From Candidatus Uhrbacteria bacterium (GTDB lineage Bacteria > Patescibacteriota > Patescibacteriia > UBA9934), in the NCBI GenBank assembly GCA_018673485.1, contig JABHCP010000012.1, positions 30,393 through 94,392 of the forward strand: DNA of 64,000 nucleotides, written 5' to 3'. A model generated the notes under the pieces. That model was not told the DNA's origin. It searched no databases and saw only the letters and a program-made list of their open reading frames with translations. Below, in pieces: positions 17,392 through 25,105 of the stretch. The translations under genes and the position numbers were made by a program. Each line of letters opens with the position of its first letter. Position 1 is the stretch's first letter.

Positions 17392-17802
17392 ATGACTTTA
17401 AAGAAAGCTTTTTTAATCATTGCGATTGTATTGGTTTTTCATTTTGTTGGTTTGGCCTTTGATGCCTATGGAGTGTTTGAGTGGTACGACATTCCAATGC
17501 ACATTGGTGGTGGATTCGCTATGGCCGCATTAGGGCTGGCGATTTGGATTGAGGGTGTTGAAGATGTAACTTTCAAAGGTTGGTTTCAAAAGCACTTGAA
17601 ATGGTGGCTTGTTCCTGGAATAGTTCTCGGATTCGTTTCATTGATCGGGATACTTTGGGAATTGCATGAGTTCATTCTTGATGAGATTTTTCCACGTGCA
17701 CTGGAGTTGAAGCATCAGCCAGGTTTGGCAGACACCATGATGGATTTTGTAATGGATTTACTTGGCGGTGTTATCGCCTTGATCGTATTTTGGCGACGTT
17801 AG
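17392..17802 (+). CDS. Hypothetical small membrane protein (4 predicted helices)
   Basis: 136 aa, hydrophobic segments throughout. Confidence 0.5.
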   Translation: MTLKKAFLIIAIVLVFHFVGLAFDAYGVFEWYDIPMHIGGGFAMAALGLAIWIEGVEDVTFKGWFQKHLKWWLVPGIVLGFVSLIGILWELHEFILDEIFPRALELKHQPGLADTMMDFVMDLLGGVIALIVFWRR

Positions 17803-17803
17803 T

Positions 17804-18766
17804 ATGAAACATGAACTATTTAAAATTTCGATAGATGATTTAAACGACGCGGAGCTTGAGACTGAGCTTGTTTCTTTTTTATATTCAAATTCAACAAAAC
17901 TCATTGCGACACCAAATGCCGAGATGCTTGTTGATGCAATTCAGGATAATGGCAACCCCCCTGAATCCCCCCTTGCCCATTCGACAGGCTCAGGGCACCC
18001 TGAGGAATCGAAGGGTGGGAAGAGGGGAGGCGCATTTCGTGATGCGCTTTCGAATACAGATCTGAACTTGCCCGACACAGTCTCGATTCGGTTTGCGGTA
18101 TCTGCTTTGACTGATAATAGACTTAAGAATCGACACACGGGCGTTGATACACTGCAGAGCTTGATAGAACTTTGTGCAAGGGAAGGGAAGAGTGTTTTAT
18201 TCTTTGGAGGAAATGTCGAGACTCTAAAGCTTGCAAAAAAGAAAGTTGAAGGTAGTCTTCCGCAGACCCTCCTTCGTGAGGAGATGGGGCCAGTGATTAC
18301 ATCTACTCAGTATCAAGGAAGAGATAGAGACGGTTTTAGTATTTCGATTCTGGATCCTGGCGCTGTTGAGCTAGTTGACGATGGGGTTGTCATCGAAAGC
18401 TCGATGATGAATAGAATCAACAAAATCAAGCCAGACGTCATTGCGATCGCTTTGCCTCATAAAAAGCAGTTGGCATTCATGCGTCAATTTAAGGATGAGT
18501 TTCCAAGCGTAAAGATTATGATCGGTGTAGGGGGTGCGCTTGATATGATCAGTGGCAGATTAAAAAGGGCGCCAAAATGGATGCGTAGGACTGGCTTGGA
18601 ATGGCTGTGGCGTGTGTTGATAGAACCAAGCAGGATTGGTAGGATTCTAAAGGCGAGCGTTGCCTTTCCCGCACTGGTCACGATTGAAACAATCAAGCGC
18701 GGCAGGTTCATTAAGGCAGTTAAGAACACAGCTCCTGAGATCATTCGGCAGTTGAGTGGAAAGTAG
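17804..18766 (+). CDS. tagA: WecB/TagA/CpsF-family glycosyltransferase carrying an in-frame repeat-derived insertion
   Basis: C-terminal GGALDMISGRLKRAPKWMRRTGLEWLWRVLIEPSRIGR family signature; residues GNPPESPLAHSTGSGHPEESKGGKRGG are encoded by repeat R1 at 17951-18030. Confidence 0.75.
   Translation: MKHELFKISIDDLNDAELETELVSFLYSNSTKLIATPNAEMLVDAIQDNGNPPESPLAHSTGSGHPEESKGGKRGGAFRDALSNTDLNLPDTVSIRFAVSALTDNRLKNRHTGVDTLQSLIELCAREGKSVLFFGGNVETLKLAKKKVEGSLPQTLLREEMGPVITSTQYQGRDRDGFSISILDPGAVELVDDGVVIESSMMNRINKIKPDVIAIALPHKKQLAFMRQFKDEFPSVKIMIGVGGALDMISGRLKRAPKWMRRTGLEWLWRVLIEPSRIGRILKASVAFPALVTIETIKRGRFIKAVKNTAPEIIRQLSGK
17951..18030 (+). repeat. RPE-like palindromic repeat R1 (GGCAACCCCCC...CTCAGGGCACCCTGAG...GGGAAG.GGGAGG), intragenic in-frame copy
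   Basis: Near-identical copies at 18772-18851, 36417-36495 (reverse) and 38839-38920 (reverse). Confidence 0.8.
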
Positions 18767-18771
18767 TCAAC

Positions 18772-18851
18772 GGCAACCCCCTGTCGTCCCCCTTTGCCCA
18801 TTCGACAGGCTCAGGGCACCCTGAGTTATATCGAGGGGTGGGAAGGGGGAT
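18772..18851 (+). repeat. Repeat R1, intergenic copy
   Basis: ggcaaccccctgtcgtccccctttgcccattcgacaggctcagggcaccctgag...gggaaggggga. Confidence 0.8.
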
Positions 18852-18857
18852 ATGAGA

Positions 18858-18895
18858 GAAAACATTTTAAATAACTTCAACATCTTAAACATCAT
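18858..18895. repeat. Repeat family R4, inverted copy directly upstream of gltX
   Basis: aacattttaaataacttcaacatcttaaacat is the reverse complement of an R4-like sequence. Confidence 0.4.
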
Positions 18896-20359
18896 ATGAC
18901 TCCAGCACGAACGCGTTTGGCACCTAGTCCGACAGGTTTTATTCACATCGGAACATTGCGTACGGCACTCTTTGATTATTTTTTAGCAAAGCAAACTGGC
19001 GGTCAGTTTGTTTTAAGAATCGAGGACACTGATCAGAGTAGGCTTGTGGAAGGTTCTTTGGAAAATTTACTCGAGACATTCAAGTCAGTCGGAATTGAGC
19101 CTGACGAGGGTCCGGTTTTGCAAGACGACGGATCAACTATCGAGAAAGGTGAATACGGTCCTTATGTTCAGTCAAAGCGATTGGATATTTACAAGCCATA
19201 CGTTGAGAAGCTAATTGAGCAAGGCGACGCGTACCAGTGTTTTTGTACAAAGGAACGACTTGATGAAATGAGAGAAAAGCAGCGAGCTACGAAGCAGACT
19301 CCAAAGTATGACCGAAAGTGTTGCGCACTAACTGCGGAAGAAGTGAAGGCAAAGATTGATGCAGGAGAATCATATGTAGTACGAATGAAGGTGCCAGAAG
19401 GTGAAACTATTTTTGAAGATATTGTTCGAAATTCGGTTAAGTTTCAAAATTTAGATGTAGACGATCAGGTAATTCTGAAGTCTGACGGTTTTCCGACTTA
19501 TCATTTGGCCGTCGTTGTTGACGATGCGCTCATGAAAATCTCGCACATCGTGCGTGGTGAGGAGTGGCTTTCATCAACTCCAAAGCATATTATGCTCTAC
19601 AAGATGTTGGGGTTTGAAATGCCGACTTTTGCTCACGTTCCGTTGCTTTTGAATCCAGACAAGACAAAGCTTTCTAAACGTCAGGGTGACGTTGCGGTTG
19701 AGGATTATCTTAAGAAGGGCTACCTCGTAGAAGCGCTGCTCAACTTTATCGGCACACTCGGATTTAATCCAACTGGAGACCGAGAGATTTATTCTTTCGA
19801 TGAGTTGGTGGAGATGTTTGATTTATCAAAGGTAAAAAAGAGTGGCGCGGTAATGAACATCGAAAAGCTCGACTGGATGAATAATCAGTATTTGAAAAAA
19901 ATGGAGGCCAAAGACCTAATTGAGGTTGCAAAGCCATTTGTGAGTATCGATCTTGAAAATGAAACGGTCGGCCGTGCTTTGATAATTGAACGCGATCGAA
20001 TCAATCGACTAGACGAGTTGCAAGAAAAACTCGAGCCTTATGTAGCTGAGTTTGCATACGACTCTGAACTCTTGATCTGGAAAAAGGCAGACGCAGCTGA
20101 CGCTAAGGCACAACTCGAAGGCGTTAAGAAGTTCGTTGAAACGTTAGAAGACGCAGCCTTTGTGAATGTTGAAGCGCTCGAGAGGGAAGTGCGCGCATAC
20201 ATCGAATCCAACGATCTGCAAAACGGAAACGTACTCTGGCCACTACGCGTAGCACTATCAGGTGCCGCAAAATCAGCCTCACCATTTGAGTTATTGTGGG
20301 TGTTTGGAAAAGAGAAGGGGATTGAGAAGATCGATAAAGCGATTGGGTTGCTCGCATAA
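18896..20359 (+). CDS. gltX: Glutamyl-tRNA synthetase
   Basis: RLAPSPTGFIHIGTLRTALFDY class I HIGH region and KLSKRQ (KMSKS-type) motif. Confidence 0.9.
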   Translation: MTPARTRLAPSPTGFIHIGTLRTALFDYFLAKQTGGQFVLRIEDTDQSRLVEGSLENLLETFKSVGIEPDEGPVLQDDGSTIEKGEYGPYVQSKRLDIYKPYVEKLIEQGDAYQCFCTKERLDEMREKQRATKQTPKYDRKCCALTAEEVKAKIDAGESYVVRMKVPEGETIFEDIVRNSVKFQNLDVDDQVILKSDGFPTYHLAVVVDDALMKISHIVRGEEWLSSTPKHIMLYKMLGFEMPTFAHVPLLLNPDKTKLSKRQGDVAVEDYLKKGYLVEALLNFIGTLGFNPTGDREIYSFDELVEMFDLSKVKKSGAVMNIEKLDWMNNQYLKKMEAKDLIEVAKPFVSIDLENETVGRALIIERDRINRLDELQEKLEPYVAEFAYDSELLIWKKADAADAKAQLEGVKKFVETLEDAAFVNVEALEREVRAYIESNDLQNGNVLWPLRVALSGAAKSASPFELLWVFGKEKGIEKIDKAIGLLA

Positions 20360-20411
20360 CTGACTTGAAAATAAAAAAAAGACAAGGCCGCCTTCACGGG
20401 CGGTCTTTGGG

Positions 20412-20440
20412 TTGACAGGTATTGATTTATACGCTATATT
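20412..20440 (+). promoter_or_regulatory. Sigma70-like promoter TTGACA-17bp-TATATT reading into a small high-GC gene
   Basis: ttgacaggtattgatttatacgctatatt, followed by hairpin (ctggcatgttgccag), then AAAGGAGG. Confidence 0.45.
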
Positions 20441-20482
20441 CCGAGGCTAATTTCCCTGGCATGTTGCCAGAAAGGAGGAAAA

Positions 20483-20737
20483 TTGGCTCAGTATCAAGAG
20501 ATCAGAACCGTGGCTGGAACTACCCTCCGCATTGGTGGGGTCGGCGGCAGTTACCTGTCTTTCGTTGAGACCGTGACAGAAGGGAATCTCAACGGACTCA
20601 TTACCAAGGGCTGGGAGCTCATCAAGGTCATCACACATTGCTCGGTCGAACACGACATGACTGCGGTTGCCTACGTCGTCGGCCGACCCCCCGGCGTTGA
20701 CCCTGACGGGGACAAAGCTCAAGGGGTCGAAGAATAA
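20483..20737 (+). CDS. Hypothetical 84-aa protein in a high-GC cassette (TTG start)
   Basis: AAAGGAGGA 7 nt upstream of the TTG start; GC about 58%; product MAQYQEIRTVAGTTLRIGGVGG... with no family recognised. Confidence 0.5.
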   Translation: MAQYQEIRTVAGTTLRIGGVGGSYLSFVETVTEGNLNGLITKGWELIKVITHCSVEHDMTAVAYVVGRPPGVDPDGDKAQGVEE

Positions 20738-20759
20738 GGGGTACCCCAACCCCGATCAC

Positions 20760-20795
20760 TGGACGCTCGCGCGTAACGCGGCGTCCTTTTTGCTT
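20760..20795 (+). terminator. GC-rich hairpin terminator (ggacgctcgcgcgtaacgcggcgtcc then TTTTT)
   Basis: Stem-loop plus T-run ending the high-GC cassette. Confidence 0.55.
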
Positions 20796-20800
20796 TGATA

Positions 20801-20832
20801 CTACATTCTACTTTCTACATTCTACCTTCTGC
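20801..20832. repeat. Heptad tandem repeat family R3 (CTACNTT)n / (GTAGAAN)n, copy upstream of the M23 peptidase gene
   Basis: ctacattctactttctacattctaccttctgc, followed by GCGATATAAT; inverted partner at 22110-22141. Confidence 0.65.
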
Positions 20833-20873
20833 GATATAATAAACTAAGACTTATTATAAAAAGCTACTTCAAT

Positions 20874-20911
20874 GGCAACCCTCTCCAGCTCCCCCCTGGG
20901 AAGGGGGAGGG
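20874..20911 (+). repeat. Short form of repeat R1 (GGCAACC-N-CTCCCCC-loop-GGGGGAGGG hairpin), which supplies the GGAGG ribosome-binding site of the next gene
   Basis: ggcaaccctctccagctcccccctgggaagggggaggg, then tagaact-ATG. Confidence 0.7.
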
Positions 20912-20918
20912 TAGAACT

Positions 20919-22103
20919 ATGAATTTATATAAACGCATCACATCTGCGATGTTGGTTTTAACTACCGTGCTGAGCTTGTCGGGTGCGGGTTTTGTTTTTG
21001 CGCAGACGGAAGACCTAAACGAGTTGCAAGATCAGATCAGTGTTAGGAAGACGCAGATTGATCAAATTAATGACAAGATCGATGGATATCGTGAAAAGGT
21101 GAATCAGTATGCTTCGGAGGCGGCTAGTTTAGAGACTGACATTGCGATGATCGAGAACCAGGTTGCACTGACTGAGCTTGATATTGAGGCAACGCAGATC
21201 GAGATTGAGGCGCAGGAACTTCAAGTTCAATTGTTGGATCAACAAATCAAGGAACAAGAGGTAGAGATCGCGGTTCAGAAAGAAATTTTGAAGGAAATGG
21301 TATTTGAGTTGAATAAGAATGATGAGGTTGGATTTATTGAGGTGCTGTTTAGCTCGAGTGACTTTAATGAGCTTTTCGCTGAAGTTGAAAATTTGGAAAC
21401 AATAAATGCGGATCTTCAGGATGCATTGGATCAAACCAAGGCTACAAAGGACCGTTTAGAGAATAATAAAGCAGATCAGGAAGATAGGCTGGAAGACCTT
21501 GTGTTACTTGAGGGCGAGCTTGAGTCACAGATGGCTACATACGAGCAACAAGCAAATGCCAAGGATGTTTTACTTGCCTACACAGAAGAGTCAGAGGCGC
21601 AGTATAAGGTTCTGTTAAGCGAGATGCGACAAGAGCAACAGTATATCTCAACACAGATTGCAGCATTGCAGTCTGAGATGGATAGCGCTATAACGTCGAG
21701 TGATGAATATGGAGGCGAGACAATTTTCACTTGGCCAATGGATGGTGTGATAACCGCGACTTTCCATGACCCGACATATCCGTTTCGACATCTGTGGGAG
21801 CACAGTGGGCTTGATATTGCGACGACTGCTGGCACACCGATAGTTGCAGCGGCGCCAGGTTACGTGGCATGGAGCAGATACGGCTCTTCATACGGAAATT
21901 ACGTTATGATCATTCACACTAATGGCTACGCAACACTTTACGCACACATGAGTAGTGCTGCGGTCAGTGCTGATCAGTATGTGAGTAGGGGAGACGTCAT
22001 TGGTTACGAGGGAACAACTGGATTTTCAACTGGACCTCACCTGCACTTTGAGATTCGAGAGAATGGAATCCCAGTCGATCCACAATTGTATTTAGTTAAT
22101 TAA
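20919..22103 (+). CDS. M23 family metallopeptidase with N-terminal coiled coil (EnvC-like)
   Basis: Signal peptide, a long Q/E-rich coiled coil, and C-terminal HSGLDIA...GNYVMIIHTNGYATLYAHM...GPHLHFEI M23 motifs. Confidence 0.8.
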   Translation: MNLYKRITSAMLVLTTVLSLSGAGFVFAQTEDLNELQDQISVRKTQIDQINDKIDGYREKVNQYASEAASLETDIAMIENQVALTELDIEATQIEIEAQELQVQLLDQQIKEQEVEIAVQKEILKEMVFELNKNDEVGFIEVLFSSSDFNELFAEVENLETINADLQDALDQTKATKDRLENNKADQEDRLEDLVLLEGELESQMATYEQQANAKDVLLAYTEESEAQYKVLLSEMRQEQQYISTQIAALQSEMDSAITSSDEYGGETIFTWPMDGVITATFHDPTYPFRHLWEHSGLDIATTAGTPIVAAAPGYVAWSRYGSSYGNYVMIIHTNGYATLYAHMSSAAVSADQYVSRGDVIGYEGTTGFSTGPHLHFEIRENGIPVDPQLYLVN

Positions 22104-22109
22104 TGAAAT

Positions 22110-22141
22110 GCAGAAGGTAGAAAGTAGAAGGTAGAATGTAG
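22110..22141. repeat. R3 heptad repeat, inverted partner of 20801-20832
   Basis: gcagaaggtagaaagtagaaggtagaatgtag is the reverse complement of the upstream copy with 2 mismatches. Confidence 0.65.
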
Positions 22142-22149
22142 ATTTTACG

Positions 22150-22955
22150 CCGTCATCCTGCCTGTCCTTCCTAAACTCCATGTGGAGCGAAGGCGGGAGC
22201 AACATTGTATTGTCGCCATGCGAAGCCTGGCCCGGCTTCGCCGGGAAGGATCTATTGATTGGTGGGGAAGATCGATAGGTGAGAATAGAAGATTTCTCCC
22301 GTGGGTCGAAATGGCAACCTTGAGGTTTAAGTGGGATTTATAGATTAGATATTTGAAAAGGCAAGATAGAGTTATTTCGTTTTACGACACAAGAGAGAGG
22401 GGGAGTGACACCACCGGAGAAGGGGGTGTTTTTGGTCTCATGAGACCCCTATATGATTAGTGTAATTCACACAATGACACGATGAATTTACAATTTCTAA
22501 TAAAATTTTATATAGACAGAAATTTTTTAATTATATTTGTACTATAGTAGATAATCACCATAAATCTGCTAAAGTTAGTTACCTTTTTAAACTATACCTG
22601 TACCCTGCATCACGTGAAATATACGGTGGTGTCGTATAAGATATATTGTGCGACACATAGTATTTAACAAAATGCGCTAGCGCCTTTATGCCCTGTTGTG
22701 TGAAGTTTAAGTTGTTGAAGATGTTTGAAATGTTTATATCGAAAGGGTGGTTTCCCCTGTGTCATCCTGAGTGGAGCGAAGGATCTACTCATTGAACTCA
22801 ACTCGACTCGAGTGGATTCTTCGCAAAGCCTCAGAATAACAATTATTTGAGTTCGATCGAAGTGGGTTAATATGCAATTATTTACTCCAACAAAAAAGCG
22901 TCGCATTCTAATTTTACGACACTCCCCTTTCTCCTTCGATACGCTCAGGATCTTC
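22150..22955. repeat. About 800 bp repeat-rich non-coding region: GTCATCCTG...GTGGAGCGAAGG direct repeats (22151-22200 and 22762-22790), an R4 copy (22705-22742), and a candidate MITE bounded by an inverted G-rich terminal repeat (22380-22408 and 22905-22930)
   Basis: GAGAGGGGGAGTGAC at 22392 against the reverse complement of cactcccctttctcc at 22913; direct TTTTACGACAC at 22377 and 22907; AT-rich interior with no ORF longer than 80 aa. Confidence 0.45.
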
Positions 22956-22957
22956 GG

Positions 22958-23839
22958 CTACTTTACGTAAACTCGATTACCAAATCTCAAATCGATATAT
23001 TCAAGTTCATGTACTGTCTCACCATACTCGTCGATTATGAGCTGTAAGTTATCAAATTGTTCTTGTGAGTCCCCTACCCCGTTGATATAGATGTCAACAC
23101 CAAGGGTCGATCTAACTGTAAGCCAGACTTCATCCTTGTGATCAATGATATAAGAAATAGGTGTGATAGATGTTTGGCGCAGCATCAGATCGAATTCCTC
23201 GATGGTTGATAGTAGTATCGGAGTTACGATTTGCGTTTCTAGCTCGATAGCATGGTTCTCAAGGTCCCAGATTGTGAAAACAGTAGACTGTAAGCTTTGA
23301 GATGGTGCAACCTGAGTGTTGATTTGTTGCTCAACTTCAGCGTGCTCTAGCTCGGATAACTCACGGATTGCAATTCCATCAGAGTCTAGGAAGAACATTC
23401 TATTGTTCGTGACCCATACAGCGCGCGTGATGCGCTCAGAGGCTTGTATGCTGAGCGTTCTACCACTACGCGATACATCTATCATCTTGAGCTGGAAGTC
23501 ATCTTTGAGAGCCTCTTGGAGCTTTTCGGTACGCACAAACCATATGTGTTTACCGGGCAGTACACCTAGGACTGGATTGCTGACAAACTGCCAAGTTGAT
23601 TGCTCTATAGCATCGGGATAAATAGTAACCAAGCCTTCAATCTCAATCGTTTTGATCTGCAGCCAAGGAATCACCATTAGCCCCCAAGTGATGAGAATTA
23701 AAATAAATATCGCCACCGGAGCAATCAAATACTTTTTCCACGAAGACTTATTTTTTTTATGCGCAAACAGCGGATTCTCATATTGAGATCTTTTGTATCT
23801 GGTAGCCTGATGAGATTTAAGAAAGTTACGCTTTTTCAT
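22958..23839 (-). CDS. ftsQ: Cell-division protein FtsQ/DivIB-like (single transmembrane helix, POTRA-like domain)
   Basis: Basic N-terminal tail, one helix (LIAPVAIFILILITWGLMVI), periplasmic beta-rich domain; topology-based call. Confidence 0.45.
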   Translation of the reverse strand: MKKRNFLKSHQATRYKRSQYENPLFAHKKNKSSWKKYLIAPVAIFILILITWGLMVIPWLQIKTIEIEGLVTIYPDAIEQSTWQFVSNPVLGVLPGKHIWFVRTEKLQEALKDDFQLKMIDVSRSGRTLSIQASERITRAVWVTNNRMFFLDSDGIAIRELSELEHAEVEQQINTQVAPSQSLQSTVFTIWDLENHAIELETQIVTPILLSTIEEFDLMLRQTSITPISYIIDHKDEVWLTVRSTLGVDIYINGVGDSQEQFDNLQLIIDEYGETVHELEYIDLRFGNRVYVK

Positions 23840-23846
23840 AGTTCGG

Positions 23847-23954
23847 TCCCCCTCCTTCCCAAGGAGGGGTTAGGGGTGGTTGCCGTTTGATCTAATTCGA
23901 TCGAATTCAGTTCACCGGCAACCCCCTCCAGCTCCCCCTTGGGAAGTGGGAGGG
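23847..23954. repeat. Inverted pair of short R1 elements (23847-23884 reverse, 23917-23954 forward) flanking a 32-bp spacer that contains the AATTCGATCGAATT palindrome
   Basis: Read on the minus strand, the left copy supplies GGAGGGGG 8 nt upstream of the ftsQ-like ATG. Confidence 0.7.
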
Positions 23955-23955
23955 T

Positions 23956-25104
23956 TTAGATGATAATTCTTGGTAACAGCGGGTTGATACGCGTTGTTAC
24001 TTCGTAGTTGATTGTGTTTGACCAGCGGGCATGGTCTTCGGCTGTGATTTCGTGCATGCCATCGCGGCCGATTAATGTGACTGTGTCACCTGGTTTTACT
24101 TGTGGTAGCACAGAAATGTCCACAATGAACATATTCATGCAGATGTTGCCCAAGATTCGACATTTTTGTCCTTTAACGATCACATGCGCTTTATCGGAGA
24201 GTGATCTGACTAATCCGTCGTAGTATCCAACTGGTAATACCGCAATACGCATCGGCCGGTCGCTGATAAATGTTTGATCATATCCAACCGGTGTTCCACT
24301 TGCAATGTCTTTAACTTGAGCGACACGTGTTTTCCAGGTAATTATCGATCTTAGTTTGAAAGATGGCTGCTTGTTTGATTTTTGAGTTTTAATTCCGTCT
24401 GACGGCCACATGCCATATTGAGACAGTCCAACACGCACCATTGAGTGGTGAGTTTCAGGATAGATAAGAGTTGAGGCTGAGCACGAGATGTGTGTAAGGC
24501 TCGGCTTGAGTCCGAATGTTTTGCAGACTTCGATCAGCTCGTTGAATTTTTGGTTTTGCTCTAGTGTTATGTGTGGCTTTGTTACTTCCTCTGAGGATGA
24601 AAAGTGAGATGCCAGACTAACTAACTCGACACTTCCCTTTTGTTTTTCGATTGATGCCAACAAGTGCTTGAAGTCGCGTTCCAAAACTCCTTGCCGTTGC
24701 GTTCCGGTTTCGATCTTTACATTTACATACGCTTGTCGCTGTTGCTTTAAAGCTTCGGCGCCGAGCAATCCCACAGTTCGTTCGTCATAAACTGTTTGTA
24801 CGCAACCAAGCGCTACAACGTCCGTAATGCGATCCTCGACTGTATATCCAAGTATGAAGATTGTTGCATCAGGCGCAAGCGCGCGAAGTTCTTGAGCTTC
24901 ATCGATTGAATCAACTGCAAAGTGCTCTACATTGTTTTGTAGGGCAATCTTTGTGATTTGCTCAAGACCGTGGCCGTAGGCATTGGCTTTTACAACAGAG
25001 CAAAAGGCCACTTCAGGATCTAGAAGTGACCGAATTGCTTGAATGTTATTTTTATATGACTCTGCGTTTATCTCAACCCAGGTTTTTGCTCGCATTGAGC
25101 TCAT
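23956..25104 (-). CDS. alr: Alanine racemase
   Basis: AFCSVVKANAYGHGLEQI PLP-binding lysine motif; 382 aa. Confidence 0.85.
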   Translation of the reverse strand: MSSMRAKTWVEINAESYKNNIQAIRSLLDPEVAFCSVVKANAYGHGLEQITKIALQNNVEHFAVDSIDEAQELRALAPDATIFILGYTVEDRITDVVALGCVQTVYDERTVGLLGAEALKQQRQAYVNVKIETGTQRQGVLERDFKHLLASIEKQKGSVELVSLASHFSSSEEVTKPHITLEQNQKFNELIEVCKTFGLKPSLTHISCSASTLIYPETHHSMVRVGLSQYGMWPSDGIKTQKSNKQPSFKLRSIITWKTRVAQVKDIASGTPVGYDQTFISDRPMRIAVLPVGYYDGLVRSLSDKAHVIVKGQKCRILGNICMNMFIVDISVLPQVKPGDTVTLIGRDGMHEITAEDHARWSNTINYEVTTRINPLLPRIII

Positions 25105-25105
25105 A

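Noticed and set aside
17941-18138. ORFs 17856-18065 (plus strand) and 17941-18138 (minus strand) overlapping the tagA-like gene
   Set aside because: They are produced by the GC-rich R1 repeat embedded in tagA. The tagA frame is continuous through the repeat and carries the family signature downstream.
20801-20832. Reading the GTAGAAT heptads as -10 promoter hexamers (TAGAAT)
   Set aside because: The TATAAT-like strand points away from the adjacent genes in five of six copies. Their fixed position immediately 5' of start codons in the sense orientation fits a 5'-UTR or translation element better.
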